NCBI GenBank assembly: GCA_051530055.1
Contig: CM121341.1
Location: forward strand, 9,340,784-9,404,783
From: Neoechinorhynchus agilis
Lineage: Eukaryota > Animalia > Acanthocephala
Reading direction: 5' to 3'
Length of the DNA: 64,000 bases
Both the position numbers and the translations under genes were made by a program. This document shows positions 62,396 through 64,000 of the stretch, one piece after another (position 1 is the first letter of the stretch; every line of letters starts with the position of its first letter). The notes below the pieces were generated by a model. That model saw nothing but the letters and a program-made list of their open reading frames with translations. It ran no database searches and was not told the DNA's origin.

Positions 62396-63264
62396 TCACC
62401 AGTTGAAAAGGACATCATGTCCTTTAGGTGCTGAGGCCTTAGTCCGCCAAGCCCGTGACCCGAACCATTTGCAAAAGTTGAGATTATTCGATTTTCCCTT
62501 GAAATTTTCTTTTACTGTGTGATTCCCAAAGACTTGGTCTATTTTTCGTCGACGTTTACGAAGATAGAAAACTACGGCGTGTACGGAAACCGCCATCAGC
62601 TTGAACAAATAGAGCATCTGTGTTCTTAATCATCTAAAGAAAATCCTTTTGGATAATAACGTTCAAAAAAAGATGTGATGATCAGTAATCCTCGAATCGC
62701 GAATAGTTTTCTGGTTTATTTTAATCAAAATAAATTCATTTAATATACGTTCAAATCACCGATTAATCGTTCCAGCCGGTTATTAGGACAAAAAGCGATC
62801 GTTTTCCGGTGTGGCCCTATTAGTCTCGGAATCGATTTTAATTCAATACACGAATTGGTCTCATTAGAAAAATGAATTATCGCTTAGTCGTCGATTGATG
62901 AAGAGAATTCGCTTGGTACCAGTGGCGCTGTTCGGGTTCGTACGGCACGGAATCCGCGAGGAGATTCCGAGTATCACCGCTCTTCGATCTACTTTGCCCT
63001 ATGAAGTGAGGATCATAGAGCCGAGCGCTTCGACGTTCACATTGCGAAATTCACCAACGAGAATCACGGAAGCGCAGTTAGAACTTTAGTCGGGCATTTT
63101 CGATCGGTGTTTAAAATATGAATTCGATCGAAGAATAAATAAAGATTTAAAAGCAAAGAATTTCTTACTCGAAAATGCCGATTATTTCTAAACGCTACAG
63201 TAAAATATTAGTCGAGATCGCAAATCTCGAAAACTGAAAAGAACTACCTTTCTTCATCAAAGAG

Positions 63265-64000
63265 AGTTTCCTCTTCCCTTCAACGAGGTATTTCGTCCCC
63301 TTTTTCTTTGTGAGCCATCTTCGATCGTGGATTTTGAACCTTTTGACTCACTTAAACAGGGATTAAGGCCAAAAGTCCACTTGACCACTCCTTGGGGGTA
63401 AGCGTTGATTTTCTTTAATGGTTTACGGACGAGCCGGTGTTTTTTATGGAAAATTTCTTACTTGGCTTATTTCGAACATTTTGGACACCCAACCAACCGA
63501 TCTTTTACATCGTAGAAGCGCATAAAATCACTTTGACTCTCAAAAACTTACGGTTATGAGTTTTGTACGAATCTGTTCGGATCCTCCCGAGAAAGAGAGT
63601 TCCCCTTCCCTTCAACGAGGTATTTCGTCCCCTTTTTCTTTGTGAGCCATCTTCGATCGTGGATTTTGAACCTTTTGACTCACTTAAACAGGGATTAAGG
63701 CCAAAAGTCCACTTGACCACTCCTTGGTGGTAAGCGTTGATTTTCTTTAATGGTTTACGGACGAGCCGGTGTTTTTTATGGAAAATTTCTTACTTGGCTT
63801 ATTTCGAACATTTTGGACACCCAACCAACCGATCTTTTACATCGTAGAAGCGCATAAAATCACTTTGACTCTCAAAAACTTACGGTTATGAGTTTTGTAC
63901 GAATCTGTTCGGATCCTCCCGAGAAAGAGAGTTCCCCTTCCCTTCAACGAGGTATTTCGTCCCCTTTTTCTTTGTGAGCCATCTTCGATCGTGGATTTTG
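63265..64000. repeat. Satellite 4: 332-bp near-identical tandem repeat running off the window end
   Basis: CCCTTCAACGAGG at 63276, 63608 and 63940. Confidence 0.95.

Overview
AT-rich, gene-dense eukaryotic DNA from an invertebrate animal with fast-evolving proteins; the VGLUT motifs look protostome/spiralian (inference). Genes supported by protein motifs: PSMA5, PIH1D1, an SNX9/18/33-type sorting nexin, CDC16/APC6, URB1/NPA1, a two-domain C-type lectin, Dicer, three tiny myristoylated paralogues, VGLUT, ERAL1, PSMD4/Rpn10, a bacterial-like trehalose-6-P phosphatase fragment and DDX42. The window also holds four satellite arrays, a minisatellite, intronic fold-back elements and CRE-like (RLE) non-LTR retrotransposon copies. 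Main result: the short introns I traced (about 40-70 nt) are ordinary GT-AG, but eight longer introns in seven conserved genes (PSMA5, CDC16, URB1, Dicer x2, ERAL1, PSMD4, DDX42) restore the conserved protein best only if removed at non-GT-AG junctions. Each has its own 8-17 bp inverted repeat pairing the two intron ends. Seven of the eight can be removed in frame between two TA dinucleotides, and four share an identical TA-N5-stem...stem-N3-TA geometry. This suggests an undescribed class of structure-defined, non-canonical introns (or precisely excised insertions). Caveats: there is no RNA evidence, four cases have a GT-AG alternative that inserts 5-12 aa, assembly indels are visible elsewhere in the contig, and reference protein sequences are recalled from memory rather than searched.
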